This document shows, piece after piece, positions 54,152-54,895 of a DNA stretch of 54,895 nt (positions are counted from its first letter, which is position 1; the number at the start of each line of letters is the position of its first letter). The stretch is from contig CAYSVD010000006.1 in assembly GCA_964434395.1 (NCBI GenBank), forward strand, positions 1-54,895. Reading direction: 5' to 3'. Source of the stretch: an uncultured Pseudohongiella sp. (lineage in GTDB: Bacteria > Pseudomonadota > Gammaproteobacteria > Pseudomonadales > Pseudohongiellaceae). The position numbers and the translations under genes are program-made. The notes beneath the pieces are model-generated. The model did no database searches. It had not been told where the DNA came from and saw nothing but the letters and a program-made list of their open reading frames with translations.

Positions 54152-54895
54152 CTACTCCACGTTGGCATGCACGTAACCGTTCGTCCAGCAGCAGCCGTTG
54201 AGACCCGATCCGTCGGATGCCAGCACGCGCAGCACGTAGGCGCCCGGCGCGCTGAAGCGGGCCGTGGTGTGCGCCGCGCCGCCCTCGATCGCGGGAGTCG
54301 GGTCCGCGAAGCGCACCTCCCCGGGGCCGCGGTACTTGGTCCACGTCACCGACAGGCTCCGCCCGCGGCGCACGCGCTGCCCGCTCTGCAGCGAGCGGAT
54401 GACCAGCGGATCGAGATCGCCCGGCAGGCCGTCATCGGTGATCCAGAGGTCGAGGGGCGTGTCGGACGCGGCGGTCGTCTCGATTGCCCCGCCCCGCGTC
54501 AGGCCCGCCGGCCCCTGCCCGTGCGCGCCGCCCGCCTCGAGTCGCAGCAGCGGCGGCGTGTTCCCCGGAAACGGCCCGCCGTTCGTCACCAGCCCCTCGA
54601 TCTGGTAGAGCGGACCGAGGTTCGATGGAATCGACGTGGTCTGCCCGCGGACGCTCAGCGTCCAGGCGATCTCCTCCGATGCCGTGCCCGCCAGCAGCGC
54701 CACGGTGAACACCCCCTTCTGGTGTCCCGCCAGAAAGTGCGTCGGCTGGCCGCGGTCGACCGGGCCGGGCGCGATGGCGTTGGCCGGACCGATCGGGATG
54801 TCGAGCGCCTCCTCGACGTTCAGGTTGACGTAGCCGTAGCTGGCGTGCACCACGCCGGCCGCGTCCTCGAACCAGCCTTCGTAGAAGGGAACGAC
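54152..54895 (-). CDS. Hypothetical protein, 5' end beyond the window (partial)
   Basis: The frame is open to the window edge (VVPFYEGWFEDAAGVVHASYGYVN...). Its stop is 3 nt upstream of the start of 52712..54148. No domain recognised. Confidence 0.5.
   Translation of the reverse strand, partial: VVPFYEGWFEDAAGVVHASYGYVNLNVEEALDIPIGPANAIAPGPVDRGQPTHFLAGHQKGVFTVALLAGTASEEIAWTLSVRGQTTSIPSNLGPLYQIEGLVTNGGPFPGNTPPLLRLEAGGAHGQGPAGLTRGGAIETTAASDTPLDLWITDDGLPGDLDPLVIRSLQSGQRVRRGRSLSVTWTKYRGPGEVRFADPTPAIEGGAAHTTARFSAPGAYVLRVLASDGSGLNGCCWTNGYVHANVE

Overview
This is a high-GC bacterial chromosomal fragment (G+C judged by eye, not computed). It is densely coding, with about 55 supportable CDS. No rRNA, tRNA or CRISPR array was recognisable by eye. 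All homology calls come from motif recognition in the supplied translations, not from searches.

The backbone is rich in secreted or periplasmic enzymes:
- Peptidases and hydrolases: amidohydrolase, M20 peptidase, two M28 peptidases, a DUF4953-type zinc protease, an alpha/beta hydrolase and an epoxide hydrolase.
- Beta-propellers: two PQQ-like, one LVIVD, one NHL and one BNR-like.
- Other genes: korAB, RNase J, an AEC transporter, an orphan RND permease, a HupE/UreJ cluster and an EF-hand plus ECF sigma/anti-sigma/sensor module.

Several short islets of visibly lower GC carry accessory cargo:
- A three-gene cassette with two paralogous lipoproteins lies next to a decayed IS21 istB (214-3426).
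- HigB sits with a HigA::ImmA/IrrE fusion (8077-9457).
- A PIN-like gene has no convincing partner (13083-13854).
- A solitary methyltransferase fused to an Mrr-like nuclease is flanked by tandem-repeat arrays and a coiled-coil membrane protein (32039-34367).

The best candidate for an undescribed system is a near-gapless six-gene minus-strand block (45291-48902). Its gene order is VapB, VapC, a membrane-anchored MutS-domain-V ATPase, Phd/YefM, VapC and an unknown ORF. Two toxin genes share ATGA stop/start overlaps with the next non-TA gene.
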